Assembly (NCBI RefSeq): GCF_964188315.1
Contig: NC_135658.1
Location: 64,728,001-64,792,000 of the forward strand
Origin: Podarcis muralis
Taxonomy: Eukaryota
Length of the DNA stretch: 64,000 bases
Reading direction: 5' to 3'
Each line of letters opens with the position of its first letter. The first letter of the stretch is position 1. The position numbers were made by a program, and so were the translations under genes. Positions 1-14,045 of the stretch are shown here, in pieces. The notes beneath the pieces are model-generated. The model made no database searches. It was not told the DNA's origin and worked only from the letters and a program-made list of their open reading frames with translations.

Positions 1-170
1 AACTGTTCTTAACCTGAAGCACCACTTTAGCTAATGGGGCCTCCTGCTGCCGCTGCACCACCGGAGCATGATTTCTGTTCTCATCCTGAAGCAAAGTTCT
101 TAACCCGAGGTACTATTTCTGGGTTAGCGGAGTCTGTAACCTGAAGCGTCTGTAACCCGAGGTACCACTG
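1..170. mobile_element. Tc1/mariner (Tigger-like) MITE, family A, cut by the window edge
   Basis: Ends in TIR ...taacccgaggtaccactg plus TA; near-identical to the copies at 8792, 15474 and 26037. Confidence 0.85.
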
Positions 171-3100
171 TACTACCAAAGTAACACCAACAGAATAGTC
201 TAATTATGAAATTCACGTGTTTCATTTCTATTTTCAGAACTGAAAGTTGAATTCTATGTTTATAGGTAGACAGATAATTTGCAATCATTTTGGCTGTTCT
301 TTGGTGCTTCGGTTTTAGAAATATATCAGCATTTTAGATGCAGAGAGAATGGTAAGCAAACGGCCAAGGCCAACAACCGTTTTTCTGACAGCCCACACTT
401 GGTTCAAAGTTAGTGTATCTAAATCTAACCCCTTTCAAGATGTTTAACAATAAGTGCTTTGACAGAGCATATTATCCTGAACAGAGGACTAGCTCAGGTA
501 CAGAAATGTTAATTATTTAAAGGTACCCTTACCATCTCATTGAAACTAGCAATATAGTCTGCCTAGAGCTGAAACAAATTTGCCCCCAATTTTTTTTCTT
601 CAAAATTATATTTCTTGATTTTGATACCATATATTCTCTGGAGCCATGCACATTTAGCAGGTGTGTGATAACCGAGTATCAGCATTTAACATCCAAATAT
701 TCTGCAGTAGCCATCAATATTTGAGAGCATCTAACAGCTGCTCGGCAGCGGGAATCAAAATTCAATATTTGACAACTAACAGTCAATATTTAGTGGAATA
801 TGGCAGCTGGCATCATGTAGTACCATTCAGTACTTTAATTGACAGCATCTCATCGTTGCAGTGTTTGCGACAATGCTTGGCAACTGACTTGTGGGAGAAT
901 TGGGTAAAACTTTTATTACTCTCATTCAGCCAGTCTGTCAAGGACTGCCAAATTTTGATGTCACATTTCACTGCTGAAGGTCATTTAGTGCCATCCTTGG
1001 TGAACAGAATGATCCTATGCATGCTTACTTGGAAGTAAGACGTTCCATTTGTGTTCCAAGTAAACACGTTTAGGATTGCAGCCAAAACAGTATCTGTTTA
1101 CTATCATTTCCCCTCAAATGTGGAATTGTAGGAGAGTAGAAATAAAGAACCCAGTTGAATGGAGTCCTCCTGGTCATTAGAAGATGGGAATCAGGAGAAA
1201 GCCTAGGTAGTTTTCACCCTTTCCACCAAGCAAACCACTCAGAGGATTGGTAGAGCAGCCCTTCAAGGACAAATTAACTTTAAAAAGAGACACTATTGTT
1301 GATATACTGTGTTTACTTTGGTCCATCATTAGACTACACAGTGTTATGCACTGACCTTTTTCCTGAAGCAGCTAAGTATGAAAGCACATTAGAAATTCTA
1401 TGGTGGTATCTTTAAAGCAACAAAGTAATATATTCTCTGGTTTTGAAAAAAGAAAAAGAAACACTTTAGAGGAGGAGAGCTGATGAAAGATAAGCAAAGC
1501 TGGATTGTTGGCTTGGTGCAATTACATGTAATCAGTTGGGATTTATGGCTCAGTTTATTCATTTACAATGGCAGCATGTGTAGTCTTAAAGTATCTAGAT
1601 GATTAATAGCAGATGTAAACTGTGGTACTTACTGTATAAGCCATTATTAAAGCCATTAACAGCATTGTTCAAAGATGGGATCACAGTATGTCAGCAAGAG
1701 GAGGGGGAAAACAGGTAGCTGTGAAGCACAACTACTATTCTTGCAAGTTACTTTTAAAAATAATAATATATTTCTCAACCAACTGTATTAAGTGTTATGA
1801 ACCCAGGGACTAAGCTCCATTGAATTCATCGGGACTTGCTTCTTAGTAGACAGCAGCCATGTGTAGGATTTGGCCAGCCATAATCAAAGTTACACATCTC
1901 TGTTGAAGATGAAAAAGATTACCTTTTATAAATCTGAAGATTTGGTTTTTGTTAGAACCACCTCCACAGTCGACGGTTTTTGTTTTTTACTTATTGTTTA
2001 AAACAGCATCATCCTGTTTTCTAATCAAAATTCTTGAGGCAGTTTACAACAAAGTTAAAATACAATAAAGCATCAAACAATACTAAAATATAACAGAAGG
2101 CCAGAAGACCTGCTCATTGAGCATTCATCCTGATTTGCTTATGTGGTAGTTATACATATTCCCTTTAATTTATCCCACACTTTTCTGTTTATTCAACCAA
2201 CTCATAATCTGCCTACTATCTCTGTCTACTATCTTTACTAAATTTCTTCACTTTAACACAGATACAATATCCCAGATACTGTAATAGCCACCCCCACATA
2301 AATTTTTTTTAATTTTTCCATGTACAATGACCAGATGAAAGGTTTTGTGCTGCCAGATAATGTTCATTGACAATATCAAAGGTCAATATTCATTAACAAT
2401 TGCTAAGGGTGAAATGCTGGACAGGCTGAAATGCTATACTTTAATGGTGCAACTCTGAAGCCTTTTTTTTTTTTATAAAACCAAGCTCTGCTGACTGCTG
2501 TATATTTTTAACTGCATGGTATAAATTCATTAGTGCTAAAAGGATTTGATGCTTACTGTACGCTCGCATTCTTTTAGCACGTACTACCCGTTTTCATTTG
2601 GGTAACTTATTTTCTAGGGTATTAAGATAAGCATGTAATTAATAAAGAAGCCTTGTATAGAGTTTGAACTGAATTCAGATGATGGATAGCACTGCTATTT
2701 CTGTCAAGTTCCAGGCATTAGCTGCTCTTTGAGATACAGTGTAAGAAGGCAATCTGAAACGTTTGTGTTTGAGCTCCCACATCTGTGGTTGAAGTGATGG
2801 TCTCTGGATCCTTGCTGTCAGGACTGTCGCCAACATTACAAAGCAAAATAAGGTAGCACTCAGTTGCTAACATGGAGCCGTTTCCCTTGCAATACATGAA
2901 GGGCTTCTCACTTGTTTGTTAAGCAGAGGGTAAGTGTAAGCAAACATTAGCCTACCTCACAAATTTTCCTCCATGAATTCATGAGTGGTTAGTGTCAGAC
3001 TAGGACCTGCAAGACCAGAGTTCAAACCCAGACTAGGATATGAATAACTAGGATAGGATATGAATAACTAGGACTAGGATAGGATAAGGGTGACCTTATG

Positions 3101-5104
3101 CCACCAGCCTAACCTACCTTACAGGGTTGACAAAATTTAAAAATTAATAATAAGTGGCAGGGGGTGTAGGGCCATGTTCACTGGCTCCACCCGTCACATA
3201 GCCATCCCAGGGAGCCTGTGCATGTTTAGCTGAGTCCATGTAGGCTGTTCCACGTGATCTGAAGCCCTGCTCAGACAAGGTGCTCAGCTGAATGGGCCTT
3301 TCAGCTGACCTTCCACCTAATGAGAAGGTGGAGCAAAGAGAGTCGGCAACATTGTGGTAAGCCCAGTGGCTATGGCTCTGCTCCTTCCTTCATGCATCCA
3401 AGAATGTATGAGAGGCAGTGGTACTGGGTTGCCCCCAAGATTTGGGGGCCAGTGTGCGCTGCTCGTGTGTGATGCCATGCACACATTGCATGACATCACA
3501 CAAGTCTCCCAACGCTGTGCAGGCCAGTGCAGTCTTCCGCTCTATATGATATAAATATTATTTATATTCATTCATTTTAAAATGTGCATTTATACTTATG
3601 AATTGCCATGTCATCTTTTTAATGCAGATTGATGTCTGTTCGGTTTTGGCAGTGCCTTTTCTCCCTTTTTGTCTATGCCTAAATGGCTACCCTGAGAAGA
3701 GGCTATTGCTCGCTCTCCTTCATGTTCTGCAGAAATATCATTGCGCATCATGTATGGGCATGAGCAGTGCCACCATGCTGGCTGAGACCTTTAAGCTAGG
3801 AGAGGGCAACCTGTGGCCCTTTAGCTGTAGCTGGACTCCCAATTCCCATCAGCCCCAGTCAGCATAACCCTTAGGACAGATTTACACTCTAGTTTTTAAC
3901 ATTAGGCAGTGCCATTTTTCTAGAAAAAGAGGTGCCAGAACTCACCATGAACGCCTCCCTTGTTCTCTTATAATGAGTTCTGGCTGGAAAAAAAGCTCTG
4001 ACATTAAGGAAGGGTTTTGATAACGTATATGGATACATGACGTCCTACTATTCATGTGTTATTAAAACGTGACACCGGAGCTGCAAGCAACCAGCAGTAG
4101 GGAGACAGTGTTTTTATGGGGGGAAACAAAGGTAAGAAACACTTTAATTAACAGGTATGCCCTGTGATGTTTTAGAATGATATATCTAATATCATTCTAA
4201 TAATGTTAAACAGGTCAGTCTGTAACCCAGCTTCAGACGGGGATGGTGGGAGTTGTAGTCTAACAACATCTAGAGGCCCATGGGTTCCCACCCCTGTAAT
4301 ACTGTGAGCTGCTATGTAATCCTAGTGGCTTGTTGGATTAAGTCTGATTCTAGTTGCTGATTGAAGTTGGAAGGATGTGCTCCATTATACCTCACAAGAA
4401 GAACGGCCAGCCAGCTTCATTGGAACGGCTTGTCGGAGTTCATGAAAATAAATCCTGTGACAACTGGACTGAGTTTCCTGTCCACTCTTGCACTTGGACT
4501 CCATTATAAGCTCATTTCTAATCTTTGCATTTTGCCAATGGGTGAGATTCAATGGAAGCATTTCTGCTCATGCAGAGAAACTGGGCCCCTGTCCAATGTT
4601 TTCTGAGGGTAATTTGCTGCTGCTGCTGCTCCAACAGCCGATGTAGTAAGTTACCGCTCTGTTAAAATGTGGCTTATCCCTGTTGATGCTGCAGTGAGAA
4701 AAGACACTGGTGAAGAACCTTGTTGTTGCCAATGGTTCCCTTGCACATGCATAAACCATTCTTTATGATCACCTTCAGTATCTGCTTGTTGAATGATGGC
4801 CTTTTTGAAAAGTTCCATTCCAGACTAGGGACAAGATCAATACATATCTTTCAAGCTGAATTTTCAGTACCGCATCTTCAACGGATTTCACATTCCAATC
4901 ATTTTTAGCATAGATCTTTCTAGGAATAAAGTGGAGCTATGTATTGAACCTCCATTCATTCACAACAGAGAGGCTGGCCGCAGATAAACATGCACAGTTT
5001 AACACACTTTAGTCCCAGTGCAATCGATGGCACTTAAACAAGTGTGCCCAGATTAAAACTGCTGCTTCCACATCATGATACGCAGGGCCAAATTAGCTAA
5101 TGAC

Positions 5105-5335
5105 AGGCCTAGCCAGCCCAGCATTCTAGTCTCATAATGACCAACCAGATACCTATGAGAATCCCAGAAGCAAGACATTCACTCTCTCCTGGTGGTATTC
5201 AGGGGCATACTGCCTCTGCCACTGGAATGGATATATAGCCATTGATAGCCTTATCCTCAATTAATTTGCCTGAGCTCCTTTCAAAGCCATTCAACTTGGT
5301 GGCCATCTCTATATCTGGTGGTAGTGAATCCCATC
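5105..5335 (-). mobile_element. CR1 LINE 3' fragment
   Basis: Contains ggcatactgcctctg...atagccattgatagccttatcctc...ttggtggccatc, typical of reptile CR1 3' ends. Approximate. Confidence 0.6.
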
Positions 5336-8300
5336 CGGGAGAGATTACTGTGGGCTTCAGTTGGTACAAAATGTTTAGCTGCTATTTTGTAATGTTTTAT
5401 TAGTTTCAATAGGCTTGAAACTAGAGAACACAGCTGGATAAGTAATATCAAAGTGTATCAGATATCTAATATATGCAGTTGGGGGATATCAGGACCGTGG
5501 CATTGTGGGAAGGTGAGTTTGACATGCATCCTTAAGAGTATCCTTATGATGCTCTGTATCTGGCAGTCACTAGGAAGACCAATTTACCTGAGCATCTAAA
5601 TGTATATGTTAGCTGCCATCACCTGCTGAATACAGAGCAGCAACTTGGCTAAAAGACCCGAGGCAAGGATATGCAGTGAGATAATACAGAATCCCCTTGG
5701 ATCAAACCACACCAGCTGTACCTTAAACAGTTTGATTTATTAACAAAACATACAGCGCATGGGATTGCACTCAGTGCAACCTTTTATTTTTCATTTAAGC
5801 TAACTTCTAAACTTGCCTTACTTCCCAACGTAGGCAGGTAGCTTCTGCTACATGCTGTAGGATTATTTCAGCCTAAAACCAGCAGTATTGTGTTCCTTCC
5901 TCCTGGAAGATGAACATTGTGAACTTCATGTATCTTCCCCAGCTAAACTCCAGCTGAAGACTCTGAGTGCAGGATGTAGTATTCCTTTATATGTCTTGGC
6001 TTCCCCCCAAGAATCCTGAGAACTGGATTCTTTGCAGAGTGCAGAGAGTTGTTAGGAGACTACTGTCTCCCTCACATAGCTAAAATTCCCAGAGTTCCCT
6101 GGGGAAGAGGGAATGGTCATTAAACTACTCTATAGCTCTGTGAGTCTAACAACTCTCAGCAGTGTTAAACTACAGTTCCCGGGATTCTTTTGGGAGAAGT
6201 CATGACTTCTTAAAGTGGTATGATACTGCTTTGAATGTATAGTGCAGATGAGGTCTTAAACATTTTGCGCATTTTAATGTTTACCTTTACTAATGTTTAA
6301 CCTTCCCAATTCTGTGTGAAAAGGGTCTATAACCCTCCACCCCTGCTGTGGTCTCTGTCTCAGTGAGGAGCACCTACATCTGCAGAGAGAAACCATCCAG
6401 TGGCTCAATGGGAAGCTGGAGCAAGTAGTGGACATAGGAACCATGGCAATAGCAATGGATTACAAAGCAGATTTTTGAGGGCATGAGATGGTTGAAGTCA
6501 CCTTCTCTGAGCAGAACGGTGTTTATGGGAGACACTCCCTCCAGCAGGAGAAAGTTGGGATCTAAGTCATGGTGGTTCATGCTCCCTGTTTCAATGGTGT
6601 TGAGAAGTTCTGTCGTCCTGATAGAAGCCTAGCTAGCAACCTCCCAGTAATATTTTTCCCCCAGGAAGCTCTATAAGTCAAAAGAAACTGACCTCCTTCT
6701 GGCCATATTGAAACAGAAAAATCTGACCCTTGGAGTTCTACATGTCACAGCAGTTTTAGCCTCCAACTCTTAGTAGAAGGGCATGAAGACATCCTGGGAG
6801 CCTGGAGTGGCGAACAGTCAGTTTAATGAGCCATTGTGACAATTGTGAACGATGAAGACAGGAAAAGTCTACAGAGAGAGGGATGTTTCTAAGACAGGAT
6901 GTCCGTAATAATGCTAAATGCGATGACTGGTTTGCCCACAGGCATGTTCTTGGGCACTTTTTCAAACACGTAGCAACAGATATACACTTCTCTGTAATTG
7001 CCTTTCTCAAAACAGTAGGAAGTGCTCTGTTCTGGTTCCATTACCCATCACATTTCTTTTCCTGTATTTCCTCTGTGATGTGCCAAATTCTAGCTCTGGA
7101 ACCATCAATACAATGGGAAGTTGTGGAACTCTTCCTTGGGACACATTTCCTTTAAAGAAATAACATCATTTCCTTGCAAGAGGTTTTGGTAACTGAGGGT
7201 TAAACTGCACACAACATTAAATTGTGTAATTTCCTGTCACAATGTTTGTTTGTTTGGGCCTGCAGCAGCTGCTATTTGCAGTTTAAACAATCAGGATCAG
7301 TCTTGCACCATCCTCTTTGTGGTCCTGACAGGAATCGCAGCTACAAAACTACTGATTGCATTTGAAAAGAGGCTTCAGTTGACATCAGTTGACCAGGTGC
7401 TATTTGAAGCTGAAAACAGTTACTTGTAACATCAAACCATCTTTTTAATGTAATGTGTAGTTTGGCCCTGAGTCTGGAATTTACTACTCTTTCTGCCCAA
7501 TAAAAAACAGGCACTTTCAAACAGATGGATAGAGCAGCTTAGGTAATATAGACAATATACTAATGAATGGCAGCGGAGAACATACTGTATTTGTAGTCCT
7601 AATCTAAAACTAAATTCTAAAGATGGTTTGATAAATATTATTTTTATTTTAAAATCAGGCTTCTGCATTCTCCATAAGCTATTTTGATTACATCAGTTGA
7701 CATTTGATGTCAATATTCTTTTATCTAACGTGGGGTAGGAAACCTCAATCCTGGGGCTCAAATATAGCTCCCTAGGCTTCTCTAACTAGCTGTCTGGATT
7801 CTAACCAAGCCACTCTCTTCCTAGTCACACACCCTTATCCTAAGCCATATCCCTCTCTGGCCCTGCTCTGCACCTCCCTTGAGTGTTTTTGCATAACTGA
7901 ACCGTGTCCTTAAATGCTTTCATGCTTCTTGTTTGCCTGGAGGAAAGGTAAAGGGGCAAGTGTGAGAGCATAGACACTAGCCATACCTTACAAATGTAAA
8001 ATTCACATTGGGTCAGATGTTTTGGTTGTCTCTTCCACATTTGCCTCTAGCATGTGGCCTCCAGAAGTTTGCCCAGTAGGAAGCACAACCCTCAGAGGAA
8101 AAGGGTTCCCCATCCCAGGTTTAACCGTACTCAGATAAACCTTGCAGCTTTTAATCATTTTACTTTTTCATGACCATGGAATATTAAAACAGTAAGGATT
8201 CGAGTTCAAGGTCACAGTGCTTATGACTCACCTACAGACTCAAAGTAAGAGCTAGTGATGTATCTATATAGAAGTTGGGGAAAGCATGAACAATAAGCTG

Positions 8301-8791
8301 TGATTTTTTTAAAAAAATAATTTAATTTTTTTAATTTTAATTTTAAATTTTAATTTTTTTAAAAAACCGTTTGCAATTGCCTATATTGTTGACTGCCTTT
8401 TGCACATTTTCCAAGCATGAGTGGCATTTCTAAGCAATGTTTCTAGAGCCATGCCATAAGCCGAAGCAGGAAGCGTAAATCAAGGGCCGCACAGTGACAT
8501 TTTGAGTGTCAGGCACTCTCTTTCTAAAATGAGTCTCAGACACAAAACACTATGTTAAAATATATAGTTGATTGCTTTACTATAGTCATTGCTGAGAATA
8601 AAACGTCTGACCCATCTTTACATATCGATCATCACAGCATGAGATGAGTTCAGCTGAGGTAGGCCAATGCGCCTGAGGCCACTGAGTGAACTTCAGGGCT
8701 AAGTGGGGATTTAATCAGGATTTCTCAGATTGCTATCAAACCAGCAACAACACAACACTAAAAAATGACAACAACAACCAAAATCTGAATA

Positions 8792-9005
8792 CAGTGGTAC
8801 CTCAGGTTAAGAATTTAATTCGTTCTGGAGGTCCATTCTTAACCTGAAACTGTTCTTAACCTGAGGTACCACTTTACCTAATGGGGCCTCCCGCTGCCAC
8901 CGCGCGATTTCTGTTCTCATCCTGAAGCAAAGTTCTTAACCCAAAGTACTATTTCTGGGTTAGCAGAGTCTGTACCTGAAGCATCTGTAACCCGAGGTAC
9001 CACTG
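8792..9005. mobile_element. Tigger-like MITE, family A
   Basis: TIRs cagtggtacctc(a/g)ggtta at both ends, TA flanks. Confidence 0.9.
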
Positions 9006-10344
9006 TAACCAGTTTATGTCAATTATTGTATGTGTAGTTTACTATTTATACTTATATAACATGATGAGTAGTGAGCATTAACACTGTATGTCTGATATCT
9101 GATTCTGCAGCTGGTAAACATTTCACAGAATCATAGAGTTGGAAGGGACCCCAAGGGGCATCTCGTCCCTTGACACAGCTGTCAGTAAAATACAGCCTCC
9201 ACCCAATAAACAGGCTCCTAGGAAGGGCTGCTCCAACTACAGAAACCCCCTTCATGAATTTCTCAACATGAAGGGCAAAGCAACTTCACAGAGCAGTGGG
9301 GTCATGCCTTTAGCCCTGCCCCTGATGTCAAGACGCTCCGCCAAGCCCTGCCCCCAACATCCACACATCCATGTGGACCTCTGAAGTAGGAACTTCAATG
9401 TCTAAAATCCCTGGTAGAGGATACGGATCCAGGGAGCACGCTAAGGGTGGCCAAATTCTGTGTGACTGCCATAAAACTTAGGGAACAAGCTGTGCTACCA
9501 TAATGACTAAGGCCTTAAATGACAATTTTAGGTCATGGTGATTAAGGTTTAGGTGATTAAGATTTAACTTATACAGTATATTTTTAACTGCTGTTATATC
9601 TGCATTGTCTCTGTTATACCCAACTGCAAATTCAAATGTATCCCTATCGTGTTTTATGACTTCCCTGATATTGTATGTGAGCTGGAACAGGTCTGTGACT
9701 GAAATAGTAAATTTGTTGTTTGAAGTAGGAAAGCTTTTGCATGTAGTCCGCCCCATGAGCAGGTGTCTCCTCAGATTCTGGAATCCTGATCACGCAAGAA
9801 TCCAGGGTAGCCTCCATATGTTTGTAGAGGTCTACACACCAAGGGTTCTCCCTCCAGATCTGCACTCTCTGGGGAGATTGGTAGCAGGAAGAGCTATACA
9901 ATGTCAGGAGCAGGGTCACGGTCAGGGTGCCGTGCTGCTGTGCCTTGAGCACAGTTTGGAACAAGTGGCTGTGAAAAGCCACAAACAAAAAGGCTGGGGA
10001 AAGTTGTATATTTGGAGCTTTTCACCCTAAAGCTTTTCACAGCACAGCCTGAATAGTTACCTTATAACTAAGGACCAAACTAGGTGTGACAATATTCATG
10101 TCTTTAGCCTCTGCATGGCTGAAATGTTGAAATAAATAGCCAGCTTGGGGAGAATAAAGCTTGATCAAGGACCATGACATGGGGGAGCTTTGACCTCTCC
10201 ATGGTCCTGATCAGAATACTCCACAACACATATGCACAGGTGCTGTTCACAATGGGAAGAAAATGCTCATTGCAAATAGCAGGCATGGGGGCCCTGATTA
10301 GCATTGTCACTTACCAAAAAGGGCAGAATGCATCATTAAAAAAG

Positions 10345-10440
10345 GAGGGAGGGAGGGAGGGAGGGAGGGAGGGAGGGAGGAAGGAAGGAAGGAAGGAAGG
10401 AAGGAAGGAAGGAAGGAAGGAAGGAAGGAAGATAGAAAGA
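10345..10440. repeat. (GGGA)n(GGAA)n compound purine microsatellite
   Basis: Seen directly. Confidence 0.95.
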
Positions 10441-12338
10441 TAGATCTGGATCAACGTATGAGTATGGGTGCAATAATACATATGTATAAATATAAGTTTA
10501 GAAGTGATTACTATGCATTCAAATTGAAAAACATCTTATCATAGTTTGGAAGACTGTGGCCAGATGACAGGTGTTCCTGTTTAGACTTCTGTCCAGATGC
10601 TAAATGCAAGGCCATTGTCCTCTTTGTTAGGGTTGATTATCATTAAACTGGAATTGAGTAGACAATCCTGCAAATAGAGGATGCTTTCAAACAGAGGACT
10701 GTTCTCTAAAGTAGGACGCATGGCCATCCTAGCTACAATTCCAGCCATGCTGAATTGGGGGGAGGAACCAGGCCTCAGTGTTATCACCCAACAACAGGGC
10801 CCACATATGTCAATAGACTCATGCCTAGTTTAGCTGTAAATAACTTAGAAAGACATACACAAAACTGGCATTGACAAAGAGTAACCATGATGGATTATTT
10901 TGTTTACTGATTCATTTTTCTAGGGATTTTATTTTCTAGATCACAATGGCCTAGTCGGGTCAGTTCCTCCTGACATATTAATGATAAATGCCCTTGAAAA
11001 TGATCTCGACAATATACATCCTTCCCATTAGTCTTGTTTTGCCAACTGCAGTGCCAGACTGATAAAAAAAAATATTTATGCTAAAGACTGTTTGAAACCA
11101 TTCACTTAATGGCTGGCTATGCTATCCTTAATACTTGAAGTGATGCAGCTAAGCTAACCTGAATATTTGAAGAGGTATAACTCACCCTAAATGTTGCAAC
11201 TTAAAAGAATCACTATAAATCTGCACAGATTATAGCCGTGGAATATAAGGAAGAAACTCATTGAGAGGAAAGCTGAATCCACATTTCTTAAACCTTTCTA
11301 CTGTGTAATCCACTAAACAATACTTCTGCAATTTTATGAAAAATGCAAATGTTTAAACCAAAAGACAGGAAAGCATATATTATCAATACACTTGCTTGAC
11401 TTTTCACTTGATGTGTAAGATAAATTCATAATTAGATATAACTTTTGTGAATTTTGAGATTCGTAGTTCAACACTTGGGAGCTTAACATCCATCATCACC
11501 TTGCAAATCTTGTTTAATGTGGAGCTGACTATAATCATTAAGAGCTAAATTTGTTTTCTGTATTTTCAATCACTAGGTTTTTAAGAGCAAGCAAAGTATT
11601 GTGCAAAACCCCATTCCAACATGGTTTCATTAAACAATCCACCCAGAATGTCAATATTACAGTTCAATGCTGCTTTTGTATTGATTAGTTGACAGGGCAT
11701 GCCCATGTAGCTAGAATCAGCACACCCAGCCCTTAAAAACTGCAGAAACATAGGATTCTCCAATACATTAATCAATGGTCAATCTAGTTCTATATTGTCT
11801 GTACCAGGGGCCAAGAACCTTTTTTTTCCCTGCTGAGAGTTGCATTTCTGCAGGAGGAGGAATGGTTCCCCCAGTGGAGCAAAGTTGCAACAATGGGCTT
11901 CCAGCAGCAGTGAGACTGCTGAATCCTAGGAGGGAAGGGTGCCAAGGTCAGGACTGTGTGGACACACCGGTGGAAACATTACAATGCTTCTGAGGGTGTA
12001 TCTGCTCAGCCCTGACCTCACCACCACCTCGTCTCTTTCCCCTTTCCAACTGGTACACAACAACAATGCTGTTTCCAGAAAGCTGCTGTTGTGGCTCTGT
12101 CCCACCAGGAGAGCCACCTCTGCTTGGGTGGAATCTGTTGGGAGTTGCATGCTGGCAGTGGGCGGAGCCAAAAGGTGACAGAATCAAAATTAGGCAGGCA
12201 TCCCTTCTCTCTTCCCCTGACCTCTCTGTAACCCCCCTTTCCTCTCTTTTCTTTCAGCTGTGTTTCTCCCCTCCTTGGCAACCACATAAAAATTAGACCC
12301 TGGGCCATGTGAAATTAGACTGGTGTAACATGGAGCCT

Positions 12339-12696
12339 AGGGGACGCGGGGGACGCTGTGGGTTAAACCACAGAGTCTAAGGCTTGCCAATCAGAAGGTT
12401 GGCAGTTCGAATCCCCTCGACGGGGTGAGCTCCTGTTGCTCGGTCCCTGCTCCTGCCAACCTAGCAGTTTGAAAGCACGTCAAAGTACAAGTAGATAAAT
12501 AGGTACCGCTCCAGCGGGAAGGTAAACGGCGTTTCCGTGCGCTGCTCTGGTTCACCAGAAGCGGCTTAGTCATGCTGGCCACATGACCCGGAAGCTGTAA
12601 GCCGGCTCCCTCAGCCAATAAAGCGAGATGAGCGCCGCAACCCCAGAATCATCCACGACTGGACCTAACGGTCAGGGGTCCCTTTACCTTTACTTT
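12339..12696 (+). mobile_element. Sauria SINE, full length
   Basis: tRNA-like head (gggacgcg...gtgggttaaaccacag; ttcgaatcc), (ACCTTT)n tail, perfect 13-bp TSD taacatggagcct (12326-12338 / 12697-12709). Confidence 0.92.
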
Positions 12697-13242
12697 TAAC
12701 ATGGAGCCTGGTGTACACTTACTGTCTGGAGTTACAGAGTGAGCCTTATGTGGAGAACTATGAACTACCACTGCACTCTGGCCTATCACACTCTGCTATG
12801 CCACACTCTACTGTGGATAGGTCCACCAAGTAATGGGTAAAAAGAAATGAGAGCTTTGCAGCTTGGAATGGGTCTGACTGCTCCACCATGTACTCCCTGT
12901 CTCCACATGTGAAGGTTTTTTAATGTAGACAATGAAAAAAGGGGATTTCCTGTTATGAAAGCCCAAGGTCAGTGTGACACACACTTAAATGGATTACAAT
13001 GTATTTAAAGAGTATAGTCAACTATTGGATATGGGTTGAGCTGGATGAACGTGTGGGGGTGACCTCTAGCCCAGTGTCTCTTTTTGTTAAAGAAGGGGGT
13101 TTGGACAAGAGAAATCAAGATGGCTGCTGGGGATTATCTTGATGGCCTGTCCAAGTGTCTAAGTACCCTCCTGTTTAAAGAAAGAGTATGAGAAGGAGCT
13201 ACCTAGCATCAGTTTGGATAGGCTGTGACCTTAAGATGGGCT

Positions 13243-14045
13243 CTTTTTAAAATTCAATCTTTGTTGGTTTGAAATCAACACATATACACACAAAGAAAGC
13301 TTAGAAAATGGGGAAAGGGAAAAAAGGAAAAGAAAACAGAACAAAAGAAACACAATACATCTCTTACAAACAAAAAGAAATAGAACAATACATTTCGAAT
13401 GCACAAAAATATTCTAGCCATCAACTTCCGACTTCCTTGATATGGGGTCTTTCTTTCCTTCCTTACTTGCATCTATTTTTCAACAAATTTAATCTTTAGT
13501 AAATCTTGTTTGTATTCTTGATACCATATTCAATTCCTAGAGTTATTCAAAGCATTCTAAAGTTTTTATATGGGGACACTGTTCTTTTAAATGTTGCCTA
13601 TAGATCTCCCATTCCCTTTTAAACTTGGGTCGGTCGATCTCTGATCTTTTCCATCATGTCTGCTAGTTCCATGTATTCAAGCGTTTTTACTTGCCACTCC
13701 TCTTTTGATGGAATTTTATCTCCTTTCCACCCCTTGGCAATCATCATCCTCGCTGCCCTTGTTGCATACGAAAAGATCCTTCTTTTCCCCCTGGGATGTC
13801 TGATGCCATTATGCCTAAGAGGAAGGCTTCCCTTTTTTTTATTAAACGTTATTTTGAACAGTTTTTAAAAATTCATTATATAGAAGTTCCAAAAGCTATT
13901 TATTTTTTGCAACCCCACCACATGTGGTACATCATTCCCTCTAACTCTCTATGCCTCCAGCATAAATTTGAGTTGGTTCTGTACATTTTGGACAGTTTCC
14001 TGGGGGTGATGTACCACCTGTATAGCATCTTCATACAGTAAAACT
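13243..14045 (-). mobile_element. L1-clade LINE, 5'-truncated, degenerate ORF2 C-terminus plus 3' UTR
   Basis: Minus strand reads YCMKMLYRWYITPRKLSKMYRTNSNLCWRH...MYHMWWGCKKINSFW...REAFLLGI, then (frameshifted) YATRAARMMIAKGWK...PSKEEW; stops and frameshifts present. 12-bp TSD ttaagatgggct (13231-13242 / 14046-14057). Confidence 0.85.

Noticed and set aside
661-1038. 125-aa ORF
   Set aside because: Non-ATG start, no homology, and it runs into a short repeat near 1021-1085.
9478-9988. Overlapping minus-strand ORFs with a RIPESEE motif reminiscent of L1 ORF1
   Set aside because: The similarity is limited to a few residues, and I could not align the flanks. A profile search against L1 ORF1 would be needed.
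10174-10443. ORF ending in EGGREGGRKEGRK repeats
   Set aside because: It is a translation of the (GGGA)n(GGAA)n microsatellite.
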